Below are positions 16,517 to 25,541 of a stretch of 64,000 bases of DNA, one piece after another. The stretch spans positions 884,049-948,048 of the forward strand of contig OY970295.1 in NCBI GenBank assembly GCA_963716185.1, in the 5' to 3' direction. The number at the start of each line of letters is the position of its first letter. The first letter of the stretch is position 1. This DNA comes from Thermodesulfovibrionales bacterium (GTDB lineage: Bacteria; Nitrospirota; Thermodesulfovibrionia; Thermodesulfovibrionales; SM23-35). Below the pieces are notes generated by a model. That model was not told the origin of the DNA. It did not search any database and was given only the letters and a program-made list of their open reading frames with translations. Made by a program: the position numbers and the translations under genes.

Positions 16517-18454
16517 ATGGGGCTGATATCTTTTCTTCATTATTCAATGGTAATATACTATAGTATAAAACAAAGAAGGGTAATCATCATCGTATCCTGC
16601 CATGGCGGAGTAAAGAGAAAGGAGTTTTATATCAAGAATATTTATTTCATCGAGGTTAAGTCCCCCGGCGCACACATTTTTAGCAGGACCCCTTTGCCGA
16701 GGTTAGGCACCATCCTGCTTTCCACTATTCTTAATAAGAAAGGCTATAATTCGAAAACCTTTATAGAGGACGTCTCGGAACCCGACTGGAATGCGCTGAA
16801 AGAGGCGGACATCATCGGCCTCTCTTCAATAACATCGACTGCGCCTAGGGCATTCCGTCTTGCAACGAAATTCCGCTCCATGGGCATCCCGATTATCATG
16901 GGCGGCCCCCATTCAACATTCCTGCCGGAAGAAAGCTTGAAATACGCCGACTATGTGGTGAGAGGTGAAGGAGAGGAGACCATGGTCGAACTCATAGAGC
17001 ATCTCGAATCAGGGAAGTCTCTTCGTGATATTAAAGGCCTTTCTTACCGGGAGGGAGACATCCTGATACATAACCCTGCGCGACCGCTCATCCAGGATTT
17101 AGACTCTGCTCCTTCGCCTGATTTCAGCCTCGTCCACAACTGGAAGAAGAGGACGGTAATCCCTATTGCAACATCCAGAGGTTGTCCGTTCGGCTGCAGG
17201 TTCTGTTCCGTCATCCAGATGTTCGGCAGGAAATATCGGTTTAAATCGATCGAAAGGGTTATACAGGAGATAAAGGAAGTTGCTTCAAGAAAGGCACATA
17301 TCTTTTTTGTGGACGACAATTTCGCGGCAAACAAGGAACGAACCAAGTCCCTTCTAAAGAGGATGATAACTGAAGATATCCGGATAGAATGGTCTGCACA
17401 GGTACGTACCGACATTACAAGAGATCCTGAACTCGTTGACCTTATGGTCAAGACGGGGTGTTTTACCGTGTTTGTGGGATTTGAGTCCATAAACCCCCGT
17501 ACCCTTTCTCTCTATAACAAGCATCAAAAGGTTGATGACATTGTTGAATGCATCAGGACCTTTAAGAAAGCGTCTATAGGCATACACGGAATGTTTGTTT
17601 TCGGGGCGGATACGGACGATATCGAAACAATCAGGAGCACACAGAAGTTCGCCAAAAGCCTCGGTATAAATTCCGTCCAGTTTTTAATGCTCACTCCCCT
17701 TCCGGGTACGCCCGTATTCGATGACCTCTCGCAGCAGAGCCGTTTAATACATACTGACTGGGAAAAATACGACGCCCACCATGCCGTTTTCGAACCCAAT
17801 CTCATGACTGCCTTTGAACTTCAGACCGAAACCCTCAAAGCTATGGCAGAATTCTATTCGTGGGGGACGATATTGAAAAATCTTTTGCACGGCAACCTTT
17901 TTTATAGTTTTATAAGCCTTTACGGAAAAAGGTCTTTACACAAAATAAAGGCGCCAAGCAGGAAATATCTCAAAGATTTAAAGAGTTTGGTCGGTGCTCA
18001 ATTTGATAAAAAGACTTACAAACTCAAGGAATATTTCTTAACAAAAAAGAAGGCTGTTACGAAGGTTGTATTAAATAGTTTCCCGGAAGAAGGCATCGAA
18101 TCAAAATTCTTCAAAACCTTCTTTGAGAAGCTCGGGAAAAAGTTGGTCATCAGTCGTGAATTGTCGGGTATTTCTCCGGACACCATGACCATTATGCCCA
18201 TTCTACAGGATGAAAATAAGGACAATATTTCCGATAAAAAATTACTGTCCGACCTATATGAAAGATACAAAACAAAGTTTCAAAACCTGAAAATCATGCC
18301 CCTTGAGGAAGGTTCTCTCTACAGGATATGTGTCGACCTTGGAATGCTTATGGGCGTCAGGATGAAAAAAATAAGAAAGGCATATGAAAAAGCTGTAAAG
18401 GGGATCAATGGTAAAACCTTCGTTTGCCGTACGATGCTGGTTATTCTAAAATAA
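16517..18454 (+). CDS. B12-binding-domain radical SAM enzyme
   Basis: N-terminal B12-like Rossmann region (IIGLSSITSTAPRAFRLA..., IIMGGPHSTF). Cluster motif SRGCPFGCRFCS (CX3CX2C). About 200-aa C-terminal extension of unknown type. The true start may be the ATG at 16547. Confidence 0.85.
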   Translation: MGLISFLHYSMVIYYSIKQRRVIIIVSCHGGVKRKEFYIKNIYFIEVKSPGAHIFSRTPLPRLGTILLSTILNKKGYNSKTFIEDVSEPDWNALKEADIIGLSSITSTAPRAFRLATKFRSMGIPIIMGGPHSTFLPEESLKYADYVVRGEGEETMVELIEHLESGKSLRDIKGLSYREGDILIHNPARPLIQDLDSAPSPDFSLVHNWKKRTVIPIATSRGCPFGCRFCSVIQMFGRKYRFKSIERVIQEIKEVASRKAHIFFVDDNFAANKERTKSLLKRMITEDIRIEWSAQVRTDITRDPELVDLMVKTGCFTVFVGFESINPRTLSLYNKHQKVDDIVECIRTFKKASIGIHGMFVFGADTDDIETIRSTQKFAKSLGINSVQFLMLTPLPGTPVFDDLSQQSRLIHTDWEKYDAHHAVFEPNLMTAFELQTETLKAMAEFYSWGTILKNLLHGNLFYSFISLYGKRSLHKIKAPSRKYLKDLKSLVGAQFDKKTYKLKEYFLTKKKAVTKVVLNSFPEEGIESKFFKTFFEKLGKKLVISRELSGISPDTMTIMPILQDENKDNISDKKLLSDLYERYKTKFQNLKIMPLEEGSLYRICVDLGMLMGVRMKKIRKAYEKAVKGINGKTFVCRTMLVILK

Positions 18455-18480
18455 AGGACCTCCAGGAAAGGAGAACACTC

Positions 18481-18669
18481 TTATTTCTTTTTGAGGACGA
18501 TCTTGTGATGCAGAAGAGATATCTCCTTTATCTCCCCGTCAAAGATTTTCTGCTCCCCGAACAGGCTCCTGAGATAAATCTTTCCCTCTTCAGGCCTCAT
18601 AATATCAACACTCTCAAGATAAAGCTCTTCCTTGCCGTCCAGATAAATATAGGCATTTGCTTCGCACAT
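18481..18669 (-). CDS. CooT-family small protein
   Basis: 62 aa. MCEANAYIYLDGKEELYLESVDIM...GKIYLRSLFGEQKIF.GEIKEISLLHHKIVL matches the CooT family pattern, including Cys2. Confidence 0.7.
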   Translation of the reverse strand: MCEANAYIYLDGKEELYLESVDIMRPEEGKIYLRSLFGEQKIFDGEIKEISLLHHKIVLKKK

Positions 18670-18670
18670 G

Positions 18671-19093
18671 TCACTTCTCCTTTCCCATCTCCCGCCCGAT
18701 GGATGCGACGATCTTTTCTATCATATGAGGCAACGGCTCTTTTTCTACTCCTATCAAGTCTATACCCTCCTGATTAAGCGGCAGGAGAATTTTTTTTACC
18801 TCGGACAATAATATTGCATCAGCCATCTTCGGTGTCATTTCTCCGAGCATCGCATTCGGAAGAACGATACTCAGAGGACCCGTAATCACATTTACCCTGT
18901 TCGCGTTCCAGACAATTGCGTTCTCCCCTGTTGCGCCTTTATTCGCCCTCGACTTCATCATGGCTGATGTTGCGGCTGCATTCGTGCCGAGTGCAAGAAT
19001 TTCGATCTTATCGCCGAATTCATCCTTTAACCTCTTGACTATCAGGCTTCCGATACCGCCACCCTGGCCGTCAACCACAGCGATCTTAAACAC
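18671..19093 (-). CDS. DUF3842-family protein
   Basis: 140 aa. MFKIAVVDGQGGGIGSLIVKRLK... recalled as the DUF3842 signature. Its stop abuts the CooT-like start (1-nt gap). Confidence 0.6.
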   Translation of the reverse strand: MFKIAVVDGQGGGIGSLIVKRLKDEFGDKIEILALGTNAAATSAMMKSRANKGATGENAIVWNANRVNVITGPLSIVLPNAMLGEMTPKMADAILLSEVKKILLPLNQEGIDLIGVEKEPLPHMIEKIVASIGREMGKEK

Positions 19094-19219
19094 AAAATAA
19101 GTATAAAAATATATTCTTTGCTATGTCAAACTTTGAAGAAAGGAGGTAGTGGTCGTCATGACAGCCTCCAAAATATCACGGCAGTTTCGTACTACTCAGC
19201 TTTCCCGGCCAGTCTGCGA

Positions 19220-20296
19220 CTAAACCTCACCACCTCTTTTTGATTCTCCGGAAGCATTATGTCCCTCCCGGAAGCCGGGCAGGTCATCATAAATGCAGCC
19301 GGCATCTTCCCTATTAATAGCAGAGCCGAGGAAGAGTCCGCCGCCCTCCGGGCGTATCGTTACAAGATTTTCGCTGCCGTCGGTTATTACGCTGCCTTGC
19401 GCAATCAATTCTATCAGCCGACGGTTTGAGTTAATTCGTACAGGCCCGATTTGCCCGCCGAATCTGATGTTCATGACAAGTGAAGGGTAGAGCAAGGAGA
19501 CAACGCTTGTCGGCTCCCCGAAAAGATCTGTTGCCCCCGCAGAAATAAGGCCGCAGACATATCCGTTTTCAGAGAATGCGGGGCCACCGCACATGCCATG
19601 CTTGATTTCAGCATCAATTGTATAGCACGGGCCCCCGATGAATTCATTTGTAAAACGCTGCGTGAATATCCGGTTAACACGCCCCTCAACGGCTATAAGT
19701 TTGTGCTCGTAAGCGTCAAGCAGGTTTATTCGTCCGCTTTTTACATCATCCAAAGAAAGACCGTTATCCGGCGCCGGGAGATCGCCGAAACCAACACATA
19801 CGATACGGGAACCTATCCGGGGCACCGCAAAGGACACGGGAAGAGGGAGGTAGGAAACCTTGCCCTGAAACTGCGGCATTATGAAGCCCATGTCCGTCGG
19901 CGGAACTCCGTCAATGGACCCGAGATTCCATATATTCCCCGATAATCTGTCCCCGGGGAGAACCTGATGATGAAAGACAGCCATTCCGATGTCTTTAAAT
20001 ATATAGTGAGCGGGTATTCCATCCATTTGACTCAGCGGGTCATCATGCAAATGACGGCGAAAAGACTCCCGGATATTATGCAACGCCGTCACCGAAACGC
20101 CGAGTTTGCTGATACAAAAGGCCGTTCCGACAGGCATAAGCCGCCGGCCTCGTGTGCCAAAGAGCGGATAGACGCCGAGCGCCAAAGGGTGACCCCACGA
20201 AGGTATCTCCCATACGTTTCTGCCCGGTTGACGTGCCGCTTCGATGTCGGTGGAGACGGGTTGTCCCTTAGGGACGAGTTGAGAAATAATCCGCAA
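19220..20296 (-). CDS. chymotrypsin/trypsin-fold peptidase with Cys at the nucleophile position
   Basis: GTAFCISKLGVSVTALHNI (His block), PPTDMGFIM (Asp block), KHGMCGGPAF in place of the G-x-S-G-G-P Ser block. About 100-aa C-terminal extension. Confidence 0.6.
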   Translation of the reverse strand: MRIISQLVPKGQPVSTDIEAARQPGRNVWEIPSWGHPLALGVYPLFGTRGRRLMPVGTAFCISKLGVSVTALHNIRESFRRHLHDDPLSQMDGIPAHYIFKDIGMAVFHHQVLPGDRLSGNIWNLGSIDGVPPTDMGFIMPQFQGKVSYLPLPVSFAVPRIGSRIVCVGFGDLPAPDNGLSLDDVKSGRINLLDAYEHKLIAVEGRVNRIFTQRFTNEFIGGPCYTIDAEIKHGMCGGPAFSENGYVCGLISAGATDLFGEPTSVVSLLYPSLVMNIRFGGQIGPVRINSNRRLIELIAQGSVITDGSENLVTIRPEGGGLFLGSAINREDAGCIYDDLPGFREGHNASGESKRGGEV

Positions 20297-20424
20297 AATG
20301 TTCTGCTATATGCCCCCTTTTTGTTTTGTCATAAATATAATCCGGTTGAAATATTATATCCCTTCAGCCGGACTGAAAAGCAACACAAAGCAGGAGGCGG
20401 TCATCAATGAATTGAAGCCGGTAT

Positions 20425-20638
20425 TAACCCTAAAAATGCGGTTAATCTCAGATTCAAGCAGGCACAGTGACATAAAGACCTTGACAATGCAGAATTTCGG
20501 TTTTATAACGCCATATATTTCTTCTGAATAAAAATATCCAGGCGGCCTTGATATCCGACCGCCCGCAAGGGTGCTGCTGTCAAGCTTTTTCTGCCGCTAT
20601 GCCTTACCGGATATTTAGTGAATTTCAGTTCTAGGTTA
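20425..20638 (+). mobile_element. MITE-like palindromic element, copy 2
   Basis: TAACCCTAAAAATGCGG ... GGCACAGTGACA ... CTTGACA-17 nt-TATAAC ... GGCGGCCTTGATATCCGACCGCC ... TGTCAAG ... GCTATGCC ... AGGTTA. Confidence 0.7.
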
Positions 20639-20692
20639 CGGCTGCTTCCACTGATGAACAATTGACGTTTAATGCCGGAGAAGATCCCGGTT

Positions 20693-20902
20693 TTATTCTT
20701 CCTCGATTACTACGGAATAGAATAAACCTTGATCAAAAATAAGCCCTTTTCCATCAAGCGTTTCGCCTATGATATAGTTCTTAAATCCTGTTTGCAATTT
20801 ATTTTTCATCTGTCTTGTTGAATTATGACCGCCTTTAAAATATTCCACTGTTGAGCACAATATATTATTGCCTCTCCAATAATTTTTAATTATTAATTTC
20901 AT
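20693..20902 (-). CDS. hypothetical 69-aa protein (orphan, A+T-rich)
   Basis: ORF only; weak SD (GGTGA). No recognisable motif. Bracketed by MITE copies 2 and 3. Confidence 0.3.
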   Translation of the reverse strand: MKLIIKNYWRGNNILCSTVEYFKGGHNSTRQMKNKLQTGFKNYIIGETLDGKGLIFDQGLFYSVVIEEE

Positions 20903-21098
20903 TTGTCACCGTCTTTCTGCTTCATCAAGCGGTATTGTATTCAGTCTGTCGGTTCTCTTTCAAATATTGTGCAATAAGAAGTAAGAAGCAAAACAAATGC
21001 CAGAGACAAGCTATTGATTTTATTGAAATCGTTAGACGGCGAGTAAAGCAATATGCCATATTGACGGGCAATTTGTCTCGTGGAATAAGCAGGATTAT

Positions 21099-21312
21099 TA
21101 GCCGAAAAAATGCGGTTGATCTCAGATTCAGGCAGGCATAGTTGCAGAAAAACCTTGACAATGTAGAATTTGGGTTTTCTACGCCGTATATTTTTTCTGA
21201 ATAAAAATATCCGGGCGGCCTCGATATCAGACCGCCCACAAAGGGGCTGCTGTCAAGCTTTTTCTACCATTATGCCTTACCGGATATTTAGTGAATTTCA
21301 GTTTTCCGATTA
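21099..21312 (+). mobile_element. MITE-like palindromic element, copy 3
   Basis: Same architecture as copy 2. Termini are degraded (TAGCCG ... CGATTA). Confidence 0.7.
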
Positions 21313-21368
21313 ATGACTGTTGGTTGAGCCGGGCAATAGAGGCAAGGGGATATCACCTCTTGACGTTG

Positions 21369-22589
21369 TTAAGTTTGCTGATTAATACCGTCCCCTCTCG
21401 CGACTTTTTCAAAAAAATCCTCGAGCGCGGAAATGCAGGTTCTGTCACGATAGAGAAGATGCTTACCGGATGCAATCTTATCTGAAATCTGTTTGCGCCA
21501 GCTTGAATCCTGCCCCAGTCGCACCGACAGCTCAACATAATCATCAAGGGTGTCTGCGATGGTCGCTTTTATTCCCATCATAGTAAGAATAGCTGCGCTG
21601 TGACGCCCGCGCATCAACCCGCCGGGAAGAGTTACAACCGGCAGATTGTGTGCAATAGCCTCAAATGTGGAGTTACATCCGGACCATTCGATCGTATCTA
21701 AAAAGACGTCGGACAAGCGGTTGACGGCAAGGTAACGTTCCGGATCGAGATGAGGCAGAAATACAAGATAGTCTTCAGAATTAAGACCGGCCCGGCTGAA
21801 CGCCTTGCTGATCCTTGAACGAAATTGTTCCGTAATGGAATGACTTTCAGGGTGAGATATAAGAAGAAACCGGCAATCTCCAACCCGCCGGGCTATGCGA
21901 GGATATATCTCGTCATACTGAGGCAAGTATTTCTGAAGCGACTGACAACAAAGATAAAGGATGGATTTCTGACTTAAGCCGAAGGCGTCACGATGAATAT
22001 CAGATGTCTTCATATCGGCCGGCGTGTAATAAACCGACAAGTTGGGCAGACGGACAAGCTGTTCGGTATAATGATTTTCCGCATCGGGCGGTTCCATAAG
22101 ATCACTGCTGAGATAATAGTCTATAGTAGGAAGACCCGACGTATCAGGGTGGCCCCAGGAAGCACACTGGACGGGAGCCAATCTCAGGGCTGCAAGTCTC
22201 AATGCCGTGGGGTTCATGCCGATTTCCGGATAAATCAATATATGCAGGTTATCATTGCGAATGGTCCGGCAAAGTTCATCAAAGGAGTGGACATCCTCAA
22301 CAAAGCGATGAAAAGATTTTCTTGCGGCCCCGGTCTCAAAATCCTTCTTCTTCCCAGTGTAATATCCGTAAAGCTCGAATTTCTTATTGTCCAGGTTCTC
22401 AACCCACCCCTTAATCGGCACTTTCCAGTTGGAGTGGAGCCGGAAGAAGCCCGACACGAATCCGATCCGCAGCTGTCCCGCAGCTGAGTGTGGGGGCATT
22501 GAGGGGCGGTCGGAAAATTCCGGGTATCTCAAAGACATAAGCCGGCAAACGAGGTCTCCATAGATTTGTTGGAGCTCCCTGTTATTCAT
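21369..22589 (-). CDS. SPINDLY/OGT-like (GT41-type) glycosyltransferase catalytic region lacking TPR repeats
   Basis: GFVSGFFRLHSNW, ILIYPEIGMNP, ASWGHPDTSGLPTIDYYLSSD, EQLVRLPN, FLDTIEWSGCNSTFEAIAHNLPVVTLPG. The frame stays open about 52 codons upstream of the ATG with no start codon in that stretch. Confidence 0.7.
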   Translation of the reverse strand: MNNRELQQIYGDLVCRLMSLRYPEFSDRPSMPPHSAAGQLRIGFVSGFFRLHSNWKVPIKGWVENLDNKKFELYGYYTGKKKDFETGAARKSFHRFVEDVHSFDELCRTIRNDNLHILIYPEIGMNPTALRLAALRLAPVQCASWGHPDTSGLPTIDYYLSSDLMEPPDAENHYTEQLVRLPNLSVYYTPADMKTSDIHRDAFGLSQKSILYLCCQSLQKYLPQYDEIYPRIARRVGDCRFLLISHPESHSITEQFRSRISKAFSRAGLNSEDYLVFLPHLDPERYLAVNRLSDVFLDTIEWSGCNSTFEAIAHNLPVVTLPGGLMRGRHSAAILTMMGIKATIADTLDDYVELSVRLGQDSSWRKQISDKIASGKHLLYRDRTCISALEDFFEKVARGDGINQQT

Positions 22590-22990
22590 TCCCTGACAGG
22601 CCAGATAAAACGGCTGGTGGCCACCGACAGCTTTGGATGCTTCGTCAATATTTTGAGGAGTTTCGAGAGGGACTGAGATTGAGATGAAAACATATTGAAA
22701 AACAAGCAGCTTTCGTGTATAAGGCTTCAGAATATGCCAGGATAGTCAACAAAATGACTATTTGAACAATTTCCAGACGTCTATCGAGAGATTTTGAAGT
22801 CAATCAATGGACAAATATCTTTCCTCTCCTGACAATATTTGTCACATATTTTTGATTCATCTGTCCATGATTTTCTTTTACATTATAAATCAGGGAGTTA
22901 TACAGTAATTTAAACTGGCATGAAATCTGCTGTGAAAATACTGAAAAAGAAATGGTAATATGCTTCTCATAGAAAAGGCCGGGTCATCGC

Positions 22991-23434
22991 GTGGAATCTA
23001 AATGTATAGTGTGCGGCATTAAAACCAACCAAAAGAATGATATTTGCGTCTTGTGTGAGAATGGCATAACTCTGGTATATGAAGAGCTGATGGAGTTAAT
23101 AAGAAGGGACAAGAAAAGTGATTTACTTAAGACAGTGTTTATGGTGGAAACGGGGCATGAGAAATCATGTGACCGCAGGGACAATTCACGCTATGATTTT
23201 CCTTTTCCTGTCCTGGAATATAATTTAAATCCTTCCACCGACTGTGGAACTTTTATAGGTTTCACTGTCAATATCAGTGATTCAGGACTGTGCATCAAGA
23301 CGTCGAAACTTCTTGATATAGGTCAGAAGATAATAATTAAGAGCTTGCTTTTTACTATTTCCAGGAAAGCGGTTGTGCGCTGGGTTGAACATCTTGATGA
23401 CGGGTTTTATAAAGTAGGGTTGGAATTTGTATAA
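22991..23434 (+). CDS. PilZ-domain (c-di-GMP-binding) protein with N-terminal CxxC zinc-ribbon
   Basis: GTG start. CIVCG...CVLC, then PilZ motifs RRDNSR (RxxxR) and NISDSG (D/N-x-S-x-x-G). Confidence 0.7.
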   Translation: MESKCIVCGIKTNQKNDICVLCENGITLVYEELMELIRRDKKSDLLKTVFMVETGHEKSCDRRDNSRYDFPFPVLEYNLNPSTDCGTFIGFTVNISDSGLCIKTSKLLDIGQKIIIKSLLFTISRKAVVRWVEHLDDGFYKVGLEFV

Positions 23435-23627
23435 AGGGCGTCTTTGAATTCCTTGAATAAAATAGTCCGCAAAATTGAAGATCTGCCCTTCCAACAGCAT
23501 CTGAATAATGCCCTCTTCATCTGCAATCTTTAGAAACTAATTTCATGGAGCCAAATTTTGTGAAACATGTATATACTACATGGTATTCGACTCCCCGGGA
23601 GGATTAAGATTGCGAGGAGATTTGAAA

Positions 23628-25361
23628 ATGGAAAAGGTTAAATGCTGGGAGGTTTTCAAGTGCAATGAAAAGGGATGCCCGGCTTACAAGTCTAAGAATC
23701 TGAGATGCTGGTTATTTTCGGAAACCCATTGTCGGAATGAGATACAAGGGGAGTTCATAGAAAAGATGGAAATGTGCTCTGATTGCGGGGTCTTCAAAAA
23801 GAATATGGACATTAACGCAATGAGAGCTACTGTAAAGCTTACCAATAAACAGATTACAAACCTCAGACAGCTCGTCGACAGCAGAGAAAAGGAGCTGGAA
23901 AACATCAGTATGGAATTAGCCCTGGATATATCCGAGGTTTTTGACGCCTTAAGAAAGATTTCATCAGGAGACCCCGGCACGAGGATAAACGGTAAATCGA
24001 GCATTGAGCTGCTTTCCAGATTGAAACAAATGGTCAATTCCACCGCAGAAAATATGGAAGAAATCGTTGACCAGTTTCATGAGGTCGCCATAGATCTTGC
24101 AGAGCATTTTGACGTATTGAGCAGAGTATCAAAAGGGGACTTGCTTGCGAGGGTAGAAGGCAGCTCAAACATTGAACTCATGGAAGCCCTGAAAAAAGTA
24201 ACAAACCAGATGATCGGCAGCATATCCGAGGAAATAACAGAACGCAAAAAAGCAGAGCAGCAGATTCAGCGGAACCTTAAACGCATCAGGGCGCTCCACG
24301 CAATTGACCTGGCAATCACCTCAAGCCTCGACGTTCGACTGACTTTGGATGTCTTGCTCGATCAGGTGACCACGCAGCTGAACGTACATGCCGCCGATGT
24401 TCTGCTGCTCAGTCCTTATACCCATACTCTTGAATACGCTGCCAGCCGGGGTTTTAACTCTGTCGCCCTCCAGCACACCCGTTTGCGCATTGGCGATGGT
24501 CACGCGGGGCGCGCAGTGCTCGAACGCAGCATTATCAATATCCCGAATCTGATGGAATCGCCGGGTGACCTGGCCCGTTCGCCTTTGCTCGAACGGGAGA
24601 GTTTTGTGGCCTATTACTGCATACCACTGGTCGCAAAAGGACAGATAAAAGGCGTTCTGGAAATCTTTCACCGGGAGACTCTTAATCCCGACCAGGAGTG
24701 GCTGGACTTTCTGGAAACTCTGTCGAGTCAGGGGGCAATCGCTATAGATAATGCCGAGCTGTTCGAAAATATGCAGCGTTCGAATATTGATCTCATACGG
24801 GCTTATGACGACACATTAGAGGGCCTATCACGCGCCCTTGATCTTCGCGACAAAGAAACTGAGGGCCATACACGGAGAGTCGCGGATATTACCCTGCAGA
24901 TGGCACGCTCTTTAGGTATAAGCGGCGCCGAACTCGTCAATATGCGCAGGGGGGCACTGCTTCATGATATAGGAAAGATCGGCATACCGGATTACATTTT
25001 ACTTAAACCCGGCCCCCTGACGGCTGAGGAACGTGAAATCATGCATAAACATCCGGCATTTGCGTATGAACTGCTTTCTTCCATTGCTTTCCTGCGTCCG
25101 GCTTTGGATATTCCTCACTGTCATCACGAGAAATGGGACGGCACAGGCTATCCCAGAGCGCTGAAGGGAGAAGAAATACCGTTGTCGGCGCGTATTTTCG
25201 CAGTAGTGGATGTATGGGATGCATTAAACTCGGACCGCCCGTATCGGCAGGCATGGTCGAAAGAGAAAATAAAAGAACACATAAGGCAGCAATCCGGGAT
25301 ACATTTTGATCCAAGAGTAGTGGCAGTGTTCCTGAAACTTTTGAGTGAACTGGAGCTATAG
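23628..25361 (+). CDS. HD-GYP c-di-GMP phosphodiesterase with Cys-rich N-domain, HAMP-like repeats and GAF
   Basis: SD GAGGAG before MEKVKCWEVFKC. N-terminal module with two CW dipeptides. Two similar segments resembling partial HAMP units, then a GAF-like region. HD-GYP core: HTRRV, LLHDIGKIGIP, HHEKWDGTGYP. Confidence 0.9.
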   Translation: MEKVKCWEVFKCNEKGCPAYKSKNLRCWLFSETHCRNEIQGEFIEKMEMCSDCGVFKKNMDINAMRATVKLTNKQITNLRQLVDSREKELENISMELALDISEVFDALRKISSGDPGTRINGKSSIELLSRLKQMVNSTAENMEEIVDQFHEVAIDLAEHFDVLSRVSKGDLLARVEGSSNIELMEALKKVTNQMIGSISEEITERKKAEQQIQRNLKRIRALHAIDLAITSSLDVRLTLDVLLDQVTTQLNVHAADVLLLSPYTHTLEYAASRGFNSVALQHTRLRIGDGHAGRAVLERSIINIPNLMESPGDLARSPLLERESFVAYYCIPLVAKGQIKGVLEIFHRETLNPDQEWLDFLETLSSQGAIAIDNAELFENMQRSNIDLIRAYDDTLEGLSRALDLRDKETEGHTRRVADITLQMARSLGISGAELVNMRRGALLHDIGKIGIPDYILLKPGPLTAEEREIMHKHPAFAYELLSSIAFLRPALDIPHCHHEKWDGTGYPRALKGEEIPLSARIFAVVDVWDALNSDRPYRQAWSKEKIKEHIRQQSGIHFDPRVVAVFLKLLSELEL

Positions 25362-25541
25362 TCGCAGCACTGCTATATTGCCAATCTTTTCATAAACCTT
25401 CAGTAATTTTTCCCCCTAATAAAACCCGCCGGAGTAGCGTCATCATCGAGCAATTACATGCATGACCGACGTATGTAAATATTTGTCCCTTATGGGCTAT
25501 AATACTTTCTTGAAAAACCGGATCCCCGGCAGGAGGGCGTC

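Noticed and set aside
20640-20700. CTGATGA at about 20651 suggested a hammerhead ribozyme core.
   Set aside because: No matching GAAA box or three-stem arrangement could be drawn around it.
20425-21312. The repeat-ORF-repeat layout looked like an integron gene cassette with attC sites.
   Set aside because: The elements are about 210 bp, longer than typical attC sites. They lack the RYYYAAC/GTTRRRY core sites, and no intI integrase or attI is present in the window.
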